NCBI RefSeq assembly: GCF_009914755.1
Contig: NC_060935.1
Strand: one strand, 5' to 3'
Length of the DNA stretch: 64,000 bases
DNA from: the human T2T-CHM13v2.0 reference genome, Homo sapiens
A program made the translations under genes and the position numbers. Numbering within the stretch: position 1 is the first letter of the stretch; every line of letters begins with the position of its first letter. Under the pieces are notes generated by a model. The model searched no databases. It had not been told where the DNA came from and worked only from the letters and a program-made list of their open reading frames with translations. This document shows, piece after piece, positions 63,286-64,000 of the stretch.

Positions 63286-64000
63286 TGAACTTTCATTGGC
63301 ATAAAATCTAGAGTTATCTGAAGTTTATGTTTTCTTTTTTTTTTTTTTTTTACAAATGGTTTCAAAGACTGCAGAAAAAATTTGCACAGCAAATAATGAC
63401 AATTCTGACATATTGAAAGTCTTGTGAGGTTCTCTGATAGACTTATCCCTCAGCTGGTGGAAGAAGCGGTGTGACTCAGAACCCAGGAGAGTGAAAGCAG
63501 AGGATTTCCAGACATATGTCTTCTGTAGAGCTAAGCTGCTGTTATGACATCAGAAATGGTCTGTAGGGAGCAGAGGAGAAACCAGGGGCAGAAACCCCAC
63601 AAAATGATAAATGAGGACAGACTTGATGGATTTCATCCTAGCATTCCCTTGGACCCAGAGCTAGCAACAGTTTCACACAGCCCCAGGCTGAAAGATGAAA
63701 ATATTTCGTGTGATCCTTTCCAGTATTTTTTGTTTCTTCTCAGTAAACAAGATTGTAATCCTTAAAGCTAGGGGCCTTCGACCTGGGCAAAACATAGCAT
63801 CTGCCTGGCCCATGATAGGTGTTCAATATTTTTTGAAAGATTGGATAGTATATTACAGTGTAGAGTAAAGACAAGTGGACTGGAAGCAGGGCAAAAATAA
63901 CATAGTTCTTGCCCAAGCTCTGTGACTAATAAACTTCCCTTACTCTCAATTTGTTTGTCTGTTTGTCTGTGAAATGAAACATTAATTGATCCCCTGTAGT

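Overview
This is primate genomic DNA, most likely human, judged from AluJ/AluS/AluY and L1PA-family elements. It is AT-rich, CpG-depleted and dense in old interspersed repeats (MIR, L2, MaLR/ERVL LTRs, hAT MITEs). I found no recognisable host protein-coding exon, RNA gene, CpG island or CRISPR-like array, so the window reads as intergenic or deep intronic. Nearly all ORFs in the track are chance or repeat-derived. Main structures: (1) A decayed full-length L1PA7-like LINE-1 (11320-20141, 13-bp TSD). Its 5'UTR was invaded by a younger antisense, 5'-truncated, 5'-inverted (twin-primed) L1PA4-like copy (11976-14343), whose breakpoint carries a 29-bp duplication rather than the usual deletion. (2) A three-level nest MLT2 LTR > near-full-length Tigger3 > AluY (57615-61197). 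(3) A ~126-bp local direct duplication (45542-45667 / 47780-47906) bracketing a candidate regulatory block with a strong CTCF motif. (4) A few candidate non-coding exons. I did not find convincing evidence of a novel biological system. Subfamily names come from recalled consensus sequences, not a search, and the boundaries of old repeats are approximate.
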